Assembly: GCA_021803245.1 (NCBI GenBank)
Contig: JAJZLT010000016.1
Span: 1 to 63,098 of the forward strand
DNA from: Candidatus Micrarchaeota archaeon
GTDB taxonomy: Archaea; Micrarchaeota; Micrarchaeia; Micrarchaeales; CABMGC01
Direction of reading: 5' to 3'
DNA: 63,098 nucleotides
The notes under the pieces: generated by a model
What the model saw: only the letters and a program-made list of their open reading frames with translations
Databases searched by the model: none
What the model was told of the DNA's origin: nothing
Part shown: in pieces, positions 1-9,290 of the stretch
Numbering within the stretch: the first letter of the stretch is position 1
Layout of the letters: each line of letters begins with the position of its first letter
Translations under genes and position numbers: made by a program

Positions 1-211
1 TGCGGGAACGAAGCTGCAGGAAAATTATGCGGCATGGAAGGGAGCGCTCTTCCGTTCATCAGTCTTTGCAATCAGAAATAGGGGGTGTTAGGTGAATGGG
101 GATCTGGTGGGACAATAATTAGCACCTAACACCTATTGGTTGATGTAAAAAGCCAGATATATAAGCATTACTGTGAATAGGGTTTCGACAAACAGGATTG
201 TTATTTTGAAG

Positions 212-283
212 GGCCTTAGCCGGGATTCGAACCCGGACCTGGGGATCCACAGTCCCCTATGCTAGCCATTACACCACTGAGGC
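212..283 (-). tRNA. tRNA-His (GTG)
   Basis: Reverse complement GCCTCAGTGGTGTAATGGCTAGCATAGGGGACTGTGGATCCCCAGGTCCGGGTTCGAATCCCGGCTAAGGCC folds as a cloverleaf; anticodon GTG, T-loop TTCGAAT, C73 discriminator; one C:A mismatch in the acceptor stem; G-1 and CCA not encoded. Confidence 0.95.
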
Positions 284-357
284 ATTTGAAGTAACTTGAA
301 TGTATATGTATAGAATAATAAATAGGCAGTGCAGGATTTATAGAATAAGCGTATAGA

Positions 358-2130
358 CTATGGCGTAGGACCCTGATTCCTGTCCATCCTGTCCGTTATG
401 GACCCATCATGATGCGTGCTTTGACTGCTCTTGCTTTTCCTTTGTGCTTCAAACTCCTCGTCGCGTAATTTTTCCAATCTTTCTTCGGCACGGACTTCAG
501 CATCCATTTCAGCGCCTATCTTTCTCATTTTATATTCAGGACTTTGTGGCTTTAAATGGCTTTTATACCAATAATATATGCCTCTTTTGCTTCCTTCTGT
601 CAATTTTACATAAAACATAAATTCGTTATATTCTTTATATTGCCTTGCCTTTCTTGCTTCACTTAGCACTGCTTCTATTGGCTTTTTTTGAAAGTATTGA
701 TTATCTTCCCATGGATATCGTCCCGGTACTACCAATGTTTCTCTGGCATTTTTGGGTGGCACTTGTTCTCTTACTCTACTTTCGTATTTTTGGGTTAATA
801 AATCACGGTCTCTTGAGGAATCTTCTGTCTTTTGCGCCTTTTCTATACGTTTATATTCGAAGAATTCTGGGCTACCTGGCATATTTTTTGCCTTATATCT
901 GAAAAGAATTTCAGAATTTTCCTTTGAGTAGGCTTCAATATAAGCTGCAGTTAAATTTCCAGTAACGCCTTCCGCAGCCCCATTGTCCAACAACAATTTT
1001 GTTATTCTATCCCTTCTATGGGCTATAGAAAAGAAGATTGGTGGAGCTTCTATATAAGTTGTGTGGTCTGGTAGTTCGCGTATATATGCCGGGGATCGCT
1101 TGTATATATCTGCCCCGTATAGTATATACAATTTTGCACTTTCTATATCATTGTCTTCTATTGCCTGCACTAGATAAGATTTTCCATAACTTAATTCTTC
1201 TCTGTTTATGTCCCCTCCTGCCCGTAACAATAGTCTTACTGTTTCAAGGGTTTCAGTTTTGCCTAATGGAATATAGTCAGGCTCGTACAACTCAGTTTTC
1301 TTTGCTTTGTCAATAGCAGCTTCTATTTCTAAGCGCCTTCTTAAAAGGGCGTGTCTCAATGCACTCTGTATGTTATGCATTAGCGGCTTTACCTGGCTCT
1401 CCTGAAGCAGCAATCTTACTTTTTCATGCCTGCCTGCACCTGAAGCTACGGTCAATGGCGTTTTATAGCTTATGCCTAATGGATCTCCGTATTTGTACTT
1501 TTTCATGAATACTCTTTGGTATTTGTCATCTCCAAGCCACCTGCTTCGCATCCTTCCCCGGTAGTAATATGCATGGTTTACTAATCCACCCTCTACTACT
1601 TTCTCCTTAAATTTTTCTATCTCGAATTTAGATTGGCTTAGCTTCTCAATCTTATCAGGATGGGAAGGGTCCTTTGGTAGTAGATTACGCCTGCGCCTTA
1701 ATCTATAGAGATACGCTCCTGCAAGAAGACTAGTACCTGCGGCTCCGATGATTACGGCATCTTGCGCAGACCTGTCTTTTCCTATTCCTAAATCACGCAT
1801 CACTTCTTTTATCGGTTTGTATTTTTCTGCCTCTTTGAGTATGCCCGATGCGTTGGTTTCGACTTTCTTTATAATGCCATTATTCTTGCCACCAGTTGCA
1901 TGCACGACGGCCGTAGAATTAAAAACCTTGCTGTTTGTTTGCTGTGCGCTGCCTGTAGCGGTAAAAGCGGCCATCGATGATAGGGAAATTGCAGCCATTG
2001 CTAAAGAGGCGTTTATTGCCCTTCTTAGATTATGAGGCGTGGATCCTCTTACCTCGATGTCTCTTCTCAGTTTGCTTAGTTGATTTGCCTTTGAAGCGCA
2101 GCTTGCTGCATGCGGTAGTGTAGCTTTCAT
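358..2130 (-). CDS. Ankyrin-repeat protein with N-terminal hydrophobic leader and TM segment
   Basis: 590 aa; ankyrin-like motifs TPLTVASGAGRHEKVRLLL, ETVRLLLRAGGDIN, YLVQAIEDNDIESAKLYILYGADI, PPIFFSIAHRRDRITKLLLDNGA; TM IIGAAGTSLLAGAYLY followed by RLRRRR. Confidence 0.8.
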   Translation of the reverse strand: MKATLPHAASCASKANQLSKLRRDIEVRGSTPHNLRRAINASLAMAAISLSSMAAFTATGSAQQTNSKVFNSTAVVHATGGKNNGIIKKVETNASGILKEAEKYKPIKEVMRDLGIGKDRSAQDAVIIGAAGTSLLAGAYLYRLRRRRNLLPKDPSHPDKIEKLSQSKFEIEKFKEKVVEGGLVNHAYYYRGRMRSRWLGDDKYQRVFMKKYKYGDPLGISYKTPLTVASGAGRHEKVRLLLQESQVKPLMHNIQSALRHALLRRRLEIEAAIDKAKKTELYEPDYIPLGKTETLETVRLLLRAGGDINREELSYGKSYLVQAIEDNDIESAKLYILYGADIYKRSPAYIRELPDHTTYIEAPPIFFSIAHRRDRITKLLLDNGAAEGVTGNLTAAYIEAYSKENSEILFRYKAKNMPGSPEFFEYKRIEKAQKTEDSSRDRDLLTQKYESRVREQVPPKNARETLVVPGRYPWEDNQYFQKKPIEAVLSEARKARQYKEYNEFMFYVKLTEGSKRGIYYWYKSHLKPQSPEYKMRKIGAEMDAEVRAEERLEKLRDEEFEAQRKSKSSQSTHHDGSITDRMDRNQGPTP

Positions 2131-2261
2131 GAATTAATCCCTTCGATCTTACTATATTAACATTGCTACAGAAATATTGATTTTTCTTTAATATACTTGG
2201 TGTATTTTAAATAGATTGTAAATTTTCCGATGGAGCAGCTTTAAATACGCTTTTAATGTTA

Positions 2262-3239
2262 TCAATAGCCAAAAGTTTCTATGGCTGCATTTATCAATGA
2301 TTCTGCCTTCTGATAGGCTACTGCCGCGGCTGCATGCATTCCGATTTCATTGAGTACCTCGATGAATTCGTTCATCTGTTTAACTGCTTCGTTTCTTGAA
2401 AGGCTTTCTCTCATCATTTTTTCAGGCATCATATTCGTTACCACATATTCTATGGCAGATATGCCGTTTTTATCGGTAGCCAATGGATTAGCACCGGCCT
2501 CTATCAATGCTAATGCAACAGTGGGCATTGATGCGTGCATCAAAGGCGTGAAGTCGCTTGAGAAGCGACGTTGAGTGTAATAGTTTTTATCGGTAAATGA
2601 ACCAATTCCGTACCCGAAATTCACAGGGCCATAATGCCTGTTTACATCGGCTCCTTTTCGAATCATTTCTATAACTCCATTCACCGATCCATTTTCGATG
2701 GCCTTGGTTAATTTTCGGTCTAAGCCACTTTTTTTCATTTCAGAATTATCTGAATCTTCATATTTGTGCCTAAGCAGCCGTCTCTTGACAGGATGATATC
2801 TTCTTCTTAGTGTTTCCTCTGCGCCAATTACGCCTAATGCGGCTATGCCAAGTATAATTTCATCCTGTGCCGTCTTGTTCTTGGCAAGTCCTAGTTTTCG
2901 CATTATTTCTTTTACTGGCTTGTACTTCTCTATGCTGTTCAGGGTTTCTGATGCCCAATTTTCTTTTTCTTTTGCAGCACTATGATCTTCTTTGGCTCCT
3001 GTTTTAGGCCTATTTGTTGTTTCAACTGACTTGACCATTACCGCTGCAGGCTGCTGCCTGTACAATTCACGGAACGAAGGCGCAAAGGACGCTGTGAGTG
3101 AAGCTGCAATCATGGATGATGCAAACGTTTTTGAAATTTTATTCTTAACATGAACAGCGCTGCTTTCTTTTCTCTGCAATGCTGCAGCTAGTTGTGATGC
3201 ATTATTACGTTCATCTGCATGTACACGATTTACTCCCAT
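2262..3239 (-). CDS. Ankyrin-repeat protein, N-terminally paralogous to 358..2130
   Basis: 325 aa; LTKAIENGSVNGVIEMIRKGADVN, TPLMHASMPTVALALIEAGANPLATDKNGISAIEY; shares EKYKP(I/V)KE(V/I)MRxLG..K...AQD segment with the neighbour. Confidence 0.8.
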   Translation of the reverse strand: MGVNRVHADERNNASQLAAALQRKESSAVHVKNKISKTFASSMIAASLTASFAPSFRELYRQQPAAVMVKSVETTNRPKTGAKEDHSAAKEKENWASETLNSIEKYKPVKEIMRKLGLAKNKTAQDEIILGIAALGVIGAEETLRRRYHPVKRRLLRHKYEDSDNSEMKKSGLDRKLTKAIENGSVNGVIEMIRKGADVNRHYGPVNFGYGIGSFTDKNYYTQRRFSSDFTPLMHASMPTVALALIEAGANPLATDKNGISAIEYVVTNMMPEKMMRESLSRNEAVKQMNEFIEVLNEIGMHAAAAVAYQKAESLINAAIETFGY

Positions 3240-3271
3240 GATTTAACCCCTCATATTCGCTATGGCGATTT

Positions 3272-4483
3272 CTAGGCCTCTTCTATTTCTTGTTTTATAT
3301 ACTGCGCCAGTGAAGAGGCTTCTGCCTGCCTGCCAATTTTGCCGTCTAACACAGACGCCAGCACGTATGGGATATTATTTACAAGCTGTCCTGTTCCCCT
3401 AAACTGATTTTTTTCATCTGCATTATAATTATTAACTTCATACTTTACTGCATCTCTTGCCAGATTCTGCAGGACTTTTTCTCGAGCTTTGCGCGAAGCT
3501 TCAGCAGTATTATCAGTAGCATATGGCTTTGCAAGAGCATCCATTAGCGTATCTATAAAAGAGCTCAGCTCCTCTTTTGTGGGGAGATATGCTATGGTTG
3601 ATGCCCCCCAGTACCATTTATACTGATCTTTGGAATATGCAGGAGGGCCTGCTTTTAAAGCAGGGCTTGCCAGTTCTATTGCTGTCATCAGCAATGTCTT
3701 GCCATTTTTATCCATTATGTCCGCTTCCGCGCCATGCTCCAGGTAAGCCTTCGCAGTTTCCAGGTGCCCCCACCTTACGCTCTTAAACAAGGAATCGTGG
3801 TCAGTTGCTGTGGCAGCCCTCTTATTCAGTTCTGACTTTACTGCTGCAAGCTCTGCAGACAGGAGCAAAACAGGTATTGCATCGTTGTTCTTCATGTCAA
3901 AGAAATTCATCCTGTCAAAGGCCCGGCGCCCCTCATTGTTAACTGCATTAATATCTGCGCCGCGTGAGATCAAAGAGTATGCTTTGTCCATATCGCTTGC
4001 TATGGCCCCAGGTATAAGCCAGCGGTTATCCCCGAGTTTTTTAATATCATTCACTACTGAAGTTATAGTGCGGAAGAGCTCTGTCTCGCCTCTGCTGTCC
4101 TTTGCATCTATGCCGTGCTCATGATGTATCGTAATTGGCAGAAGTTGCAATGGACCACGCTGTGCAGTTTCAGAAGGCGAATTTAAAATTTTATTGCTCG
4201 GCGTTTCTTCCGCGCCAGGCATGCCTGACATGTATCTCAGGTGGTTTGCAAGCCATGGATTTCTCTCCGACCAATCGCGTTCTTGCTCTTCCGGGCTTTG
4301 GCGGTAATGCGGCTGCGGAAGCACTATGGGCTGCGTTCTCTTGATTCCTTCTTCATTGGAAAGGGCATTGCTCCTGCGCAGCAGCCTCTTTAACCGCGAT
4401 GCTCCGGCACTCCTGGTTTCGCCCATGCCTGAAGCGCCGATTGTTGTATTGGCTCCTGGCTCCTTTTCTTTCCTGCTCCTCAT
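3272..4483 (-). CDS. Ankyrin-repeat protein with disordered N-terminus
   Basis: 403 aa; GIDAKDSRGETELF, LISRGADINAVNNEGRRAF, LFKSVRWGHLETAKAYLEHGAEADIMDKNGKTLLMTAI. Confidence 0.8.
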   Translation of the reverse strand: MRSRKEKEPGANTTIGASGMGETRSAGASRLKRLLRRSNALSNEEGIKRTQPIVLPQPHYRQSPEEQERDWSERNPWLANHLRYMSGMPGAEETPSNKILNSPSETAQRGPLQLLPITIHHEHGIDAKDSRGETELFRTITSVVNDIKKLGDNRWLIPGAIASDMDKAYSLISRGADINAVNNEGRRAFDRMNFFDMKNNDAIPVLLLSAELAAVKSELNKRAATATDHDSLFKSVRWGHLETAKAYLEHGAEADIMDKNGKTLLMTAIELASPALKAGPPAYSKDQYKWYWGASTIAYLPTKEELSSFIDTLMDALAKPYATDNTAEASRKAREKVLQNLARDAVKYEVNNYNADEKNQFRGTGQLVNNIPYVLASVLDGKIGRQAEASSLAQYIKQEIEEA

Positions 4484-4613
4484 CTTACCCTATTGTATGC
4501 ATCTTTCCAGATATATAGCTTTTTGGGAGTTAGAAATTGTCGTCTGAATCATTTACTGATCCTTTTATAAATCAGTATGTCTTTTATATCATCTAAGGCA
4601 TAATTGTACTGGT

Positions 4614-6716
4614 GTGCTGGTGTTTTTCGCATTTGCTGTATTGCTCTCTATTGGCGCGATAAATGCGCTGATACCTATAATTATAATACTGATACTTATA
4701 GCTGCTGCGGCTGGCTCTACCAGGGGATACAGCATCTTTGCAATATTGGGCATAGGCACAATTGCAGGAATGGGGCCAAGCGGAAAAGGCAGCATGGCTG
4801 GGAAAGGAAGCTATCCTTTCAGATCCATTCTTGATCCGAATATAAGAGGGCCCAGGAAGTCTCCAGAGGCTAAGAAGAGGAAAGCAGAGAGGAAAGAGAA
4901 GGCAAAAAAGGAAGAAGAAATTCGCAGGAGCAGACCTTTGCCTTTAGGAGCGCCAACGCCTAAAAGATCACTAAAACCATGGCAGAAGAGGACCATTAAG
5001 GTAGCAAGATGGGCAGTTGCACCCGCAATAGTTGGCAGTGGCATTGTAGTTTATCAGAAAGGCTTGGCAGTGGCTAGAAGGATAGCGAGGTCAGCGAATC
5101 CGCAGGACAAGCGGGATGCCAGATCTGCAAGGACAGGAGTAGCAACGGACCGGCTTAGCAGAAGCCTTGACTCACGGAAAGCCCCACAGTATAAACCAAA
5201 TACCACTCCAGGAGCGCCTCCTGGAAGCGGGATGGTTACAAACAGATTGAGCACAGAGAATAGGGAAATTATAAGAAGAATATTAGATGCCAGAAGTAGG
5301 GGAATAGGAGCAGTGCCTACAAGCGCCATTGGGGTTGGGGCAGGGACTGAATTAAGGAGGGCTGCCCTGGCACTTAAAAACCGCCAATTCAAGGTGGCCA
5401 ATACGCACCTAAACAATGTTTCCAAGATAGTGAGCCATAACCTGCAGCAGAGGCAGCTAAATGCAGTTTCCGGAAAGGCTTTGCAGGAAAGGCAAAAACT
5501 CCTGAAGGACATGAATGAAGCAAACGAAATAGGAAAGGGACGCACTGCGACAAGAGGAGGGACTACTTACACAGGAGCAGATGTAGGTGCTGCAAAAACT
5601 ATATGGGGCTCTCTTGCGATGACTGGAATTGCGAAGCTTAGAGGAGACAAATATGGATCTGATTTATATAAGAGAGATGCTCTTGCGCAGCTTAAGGTTA
5701 GGAGCGCAGAGGGTGGCCTTGCACTCTCCGATAGGCTCAGGCATGGAGTAACTGATAAAAAAGGCAGTGTAACCATGGGTCCGCTTCATCAGCAAATAGG
5801 AAGAGCGGCAAGGCAAGAAAAAGCTGGCGAAAACACCAGAGCAAGGGAAAAACACCTGCGTGAGCTTGAAATGTTTCTGTATGGCTCTGTAGGACAGATT
5901 GGAGCTTTCGAAAAGATGTATGGAGTCACTAATCCAGGCAAAGTAGTTAAGTTGAGAGAGAGGGTAAAAGCCGAACAGGCAATTGCAGATTACAAATATA
6001 GTGGAGATCCGGCTGCACTGACAGCGATGAATAGCGCTAAAACGTCAGGAATTATCAGTGATCAGGAATACAATAAAGCCGTTATCGCAGGCCCGTATTC
6101 ATTTACGAGAAAAGAGTATGAATCGCAGACAGAGAAAAACAAAAATGCCATGGAAAACGTTTTGCAGATTGAGATTGGAAGGATAGCATTTGCACAGGAT
6201 AAACTTGCGCACGGCGAAATAACACATGATGTTTATGAAAAAGAGATGGGCAAGATACAGAAGGAGCAGAACCTTCTCAGTAAGCTCGCATATGAGCATT
6301 CACGGCTAACCTCAGGAAACCCTCCTGGAAGGATAGAGGTAGGCTTTAAGCGCAAAATTGGACCGGAAGGAGGGGTAGAGGCGAACGGGCTTCTGCCTAC
6401 CATAAAAATAAACCCGCGCCAGACCGGCACAAGCGGCGTGGCACAGCGGTTGTTTGAGTTTCATAGGAATGTAAATACTATTAACAAGCTAAAAGAAAGG
6501 GGCGACAGAGAATTCTTGCCCCCGACCAACGGCATATTGAATGCTTCTGGAAGATGGCGCAATGAAAACGTTACCAAGTACCACTCCTTTGAAGTTGGCA
6601 GTGCGCCTGCGATGAATAGGAGTGTGTATGAAATAGGGGAAGGAAAACATGTTGAATACCAATTAAGGCGCAGGAGGGTAGTGCCTCTGCCTCACTGGGA
6701 GAGGAAAGAGACATGA
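4614..6716 (+). CDS. Large membrane-anchored, very basic hypothetical protein at the head of the secretion-like locus
   Basis: 700 aa; N-terminal hydrophobic helices (ALIPIIIILILIAAAAG, YSIFAILGIGTIAG) then a K/R-rich helical region; start uncertain (GTG). Confidence 0.7.
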   Translation: MLVFFAFAVLLSIGAINALIPIIIILILIAAAAGSTRGYSIFAILGIGTIAGMGPSGKGSMAGKGSYPFRSILDPNIRGPRKSPEAKKRKAERKEKAKKEEEIRRSRPLPLGAPTPKRSLKPWQKRTIKVARWAVAPAIVGSGIVVYQKGLAVARRIARSANPQDKRDARSARTGVATDRLSRSLDSRKAPQYKPNTTPGAPPGSGMVTNRLSTENREIIRRILDARSRGIGAVPTSAIGVGAGTELRRAALALKNRQFKVANTHLNNVSKIVSHNLQQRQLNAVSGKALQERQKLLKDMNEANEIGKGRTATRGGTTYTGADVGAAKTIWGSLAMTGIAKLRGDKYGSDLYKRDALAQLKVRSAEGGLALSDRLRHGVTDKKGSVTMGPLHQQIGRAARQEKAGENTRAREKHLRELEMFLYGSVGQIGAFEKMYGVTNPGKVVKLRERVKAEQAIADYKYSGDPAALTAMNSAKTSGIISDQEYNKAVIAGPYSFTRKEYESQTEKNKNAMENVLQIEIGRIAFAQDKLAHGEITHDVYEKEMGKIQKEQNLLSKLAYEHSRLTSGNPPGRIEVGFKRKIGPEGGVEANGLLPTIKINPRQTGTSGVAQRLFEFHRNVNTINKLKERGDREFLPPTNGILNASGRWRNENVTKYHSFEVGSAPAMNRSVYEIGEGKHVEYQLRRRRVVPLPHWERKET

Positions 6717-6831
6717 GGCTAGCCCATGGAGATCAATTTAGGTGCTTGGACTTTGGCGATAGGCTCTTCCTGAAGCATCTCCACTCTCTTCATAGATATC
6801 TAATTATATAATTTGCCATAGATATAGCACT

Positions 6832-8085
6832 ATGCGCCTAGCCAGTAGCATTTCCAGGGTCCTACTTTTCATGCTTTTCTTTCTTGGCATAGCTAACGCG
6901 TGCAGTGCAGCAGCGAACACAGCAGGATTTAATTTATCCTCTATTAACAATGGAAGCGGGCTGGAACTCTCTTTCATCGCACTTCTTATCTCAGTAGACG
7001 TGATAGCGATCGGTTGGATTGCAAACAAGATCCTACCTTCCATAGGCATAGCAGGCTGGCTGCCGAGAGAGTACTGGGAATTTACTAAATCTGCAATTCT
7101 GGTAACTGTGATCTTCTCAGTGATAGCGTTCGTAAGCGGGCTCTCCTTGCTTCTCGGAGGAGTCACTCCGCCCACTGCAGGAGCAGCACAGACATATGCT
7201 GCAAATGCAAATGCACTGGTCTACCAGTCTGAGACTTATCTTTGCACAGTTGACAACTCCCTCCAGGCTTCAATGGCAAACGTAGTCACGCTCTCTTTCG
7301 GATTGGGCGAAGTGAACGGAGCATATGGCGCCGTAGGTTCCTTTGCTGATGGGCAGGGCGGAAATCCCGGCTCGTATGCGGGCCTTGCGCTCTTCTATCA
7401 GGGCATACCGATCCCGCCTGTTCCACTGCCAGGATTTTTCGGGCTACTTCCGGAATTCAGGTCAGGCATAAACTTTGTCATACTCAGCAACTTCATGCTC
7501 GGCTCGAACTTCGTCTTCCACAGCCAGTTTGTCTCATTCATAAACGATGCGCTTGTCTTCCTGGCCTTCCCGATGGCCCTCTTCTTTATCTCTGAAGAGA
7601 AGCTGCTCCCCCTGCTTGTGCTTATAGGGCTCAACGTGCTCATACCAATCGGCCTTGTCTTCCGCTCTTTCCCGTTCCTGCGGAACATAGGGGGAACTCT
7701 GGTGGCGCTCGGCATAGGCGTTTCGCTCATCTGGCCATCGCTGCTGCTGCTGATCAATGTGCCGCTTACTGGTTACTTCAAGCCATTGCTCTATGACACC
7801 ACCTCATCAAGCACAGCGTTCTCAAACAGCTGCCCCGGCTTCTTCGCCATTATATGCAACGGAGTAAACACGCTCTTCACCGGAACATTCTACGGTTTTG
7901 ACAGCATAGACAATATTTATCCGGATATCAACTTCCTTATGAAAAATGAGCTCTTTATAATATTCCAGCAGTATGTGCTCTTCATGATAGACCTGGTAAT
8001 CTTCTTCCCGCTCACCGATGCAATAGCGAGAACACTCGGAGGCACAATCAGGCTTCAGCTCGGAAAGAGGTTTAAGCTGGTGTAG
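6832..8085 (+). CDS. CedA/VirB6-like polytopic membrane protein, paralogue 1
   Basis: 417 aa multi-TM; shared motif LIPIGLVFRSFPFLRNIGGTLVALGIG; C-terminal AIARTLGG. Confidence 0.7.
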   Translation: MRLASSISRVLLFMLFFLGIANACSAAANTAGFNLSSINNGSGLELSFIALLISVDVIAIGWIANKILPSIGIAGWLPREYWEFTKSAILVTVIFSVIAFVSGLSLLLGGVTPPTAGAAQTYAANANALVYQSETYLCTVDNSLQASMANVVTLSFGLGEVNGAYGAVGSFADGQGGNPGSYAGLALFYQGIPIPPVPLPGFFGLLPEFRSGINFVILSNFMLGSNFVFHSQFVSFINDALVFLAFPMALFFISEEKLLPLLVLIGLNVLIPIGLVFRSFPFLRNIGGTLVALGIGVSLIWPSLLLLINVPLTGYFKPLLYDTTSSSTAFSNSCPGFFAIICNGVNTLFTGTFYGFDSIDNIYPDINFLMKNELFIIFQQYVLFMIDLVIFFPLTDAIARTLGGTIRLQLGKRFKLV

Positions 8086-8087
8086 AT

Positions 8088-9260
8088 ATGATAGGCCTAT
8101 TCTCGTTTGCAAACTTCATGCTCGCTGCCACGACTACTTACCAGGCTACCTGCTCCTATGCATATCTGAACCAGGCCGGCTGGATAAACATAAACATGCT
8201 TGTTGTACTGGCATTCATGCTTATTGCATCGCTGATATATGCGATAAGCTCGCTGCTTCCTGCTTCGAAGAGCGAGAGGGCCAAGGGCCTTGTGAAATTT
8301 GAATTGGTGCAGGGCGTAATAAGCGTTCTGCTCATAGTGGCCATACTTTCCTTCGCAGATGTTACGTGCAATGCAGGCGCAGCGCTTATGGGTCCGTACA
8401 GCGGATATCAGGATCCATTCCAGTACTCGCATTTCTATCTAGGAACCCTTGTCTTTACCACAGGCGTCTCGCTTATTTCGAGCTTGTGGTCGCAGGGAAT
8501 AATACTGCTGGTGGACGGAAACCTGGTAGGCGACTTCCTAAGCAGCATTCCGCTGGGCCATCTTAGTCTAGGCCCATTCAGCGGTGAATTTGGCATAGGT
8601 GAAGAAGCCACATATGTCTTTTTCGAATACAACGGAATACTCACGCAGGTCTTCTCGGTCATCGTAGTGCTTACTTCCGGAATACTGGTCATCGTATTCC
8701 TTATCCTGCCTGCGGTAGAGCAGCTCGCCCTTGGTGTTGTGCTGCCCGTGGCTATCATAATGAGATCGCTTTCATTTACCGGGCCCAGGCTGCGTGAGGC
8801 TGCCAATTCATTCATCGCTCTTGCTCTTGCCTTCTATTTCGTCTTCCCCATGACAATAGTTATGGACAGTTATATTGTAGGATGGCTCTACTGCACCAAC
8901 GGAACGACATGCAATCCTTATTCAGGCTATCTTGGTTCATATCCGCTGAGCAATCTGCCGGTAAGCCCGCTCTTCAAGCAGACAAGCGAGACAACATTAG
9001 GCCTTGGCGCGCCGCTGAGTATTTACAGCGCAGAGGTAAGCGGAAATGGAGGCATAGGAAGCATGCTGACGCAACTGCTTGAGGGCCTGGTAAGGCTGCC
9101 TGCGCTTGTGCAGAATTTTATACCTTCTGTGGCAGAGTACGTCTTCCAGGGCGTTATGCTTTTAGGGCTTGACCTTGCAATAACAGTCGGATTTGCAATA
9201 GGTCTTACAAAGAGCTTTGCTGCAGCTTCAAGTTTTATGCATATTGGCCCGGTGCTTTGA
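8088..9260 (+). CDS. CedA/VirB6-like polytopic membrane protein, paralogue 2
   Basis: 390 aa multi-TM; motif VAIIMRSLSFTGPRLREAANSFIALALAFYFVFP. Confidence 0.7.
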   Translation: MIGLFSFANFMLAATTTYQATCSYAYLNQAGWININMLVVLAFMLIASLIYAISSLLPASKSERAKGLVKFELVQGVISVLLIVAILSFADVTCNAGAALMGPYSGYQDPFQYSHFYLGTLVFTTGVSLISSLWSQGIILLVDGNLVGDFLSSIPLGHLSLGPFSGEFGIGEEATYVFFEYNGILTQVFSVIVVLTSGILVIVFLILPAVEQLALGVVLPVAIIMRSLSFTGPRLREAANSFIALALAFYFVFPMTIVMDSYIVGWLYCTNGTTCNPYSGYLGSYPLSNLPVSPLFKQTSETTLGLGAPLSIYSAEVSGNGGIGSMLTQLLEGLVRLPALVQNFIPSVAEYVFQGVMLLGLDLAITVGFAIGLTKSFAAASSFMHIGPVL

Positions 9261-9290
9261 AATGGATGATACTGCAAGATTTAACGGGGC

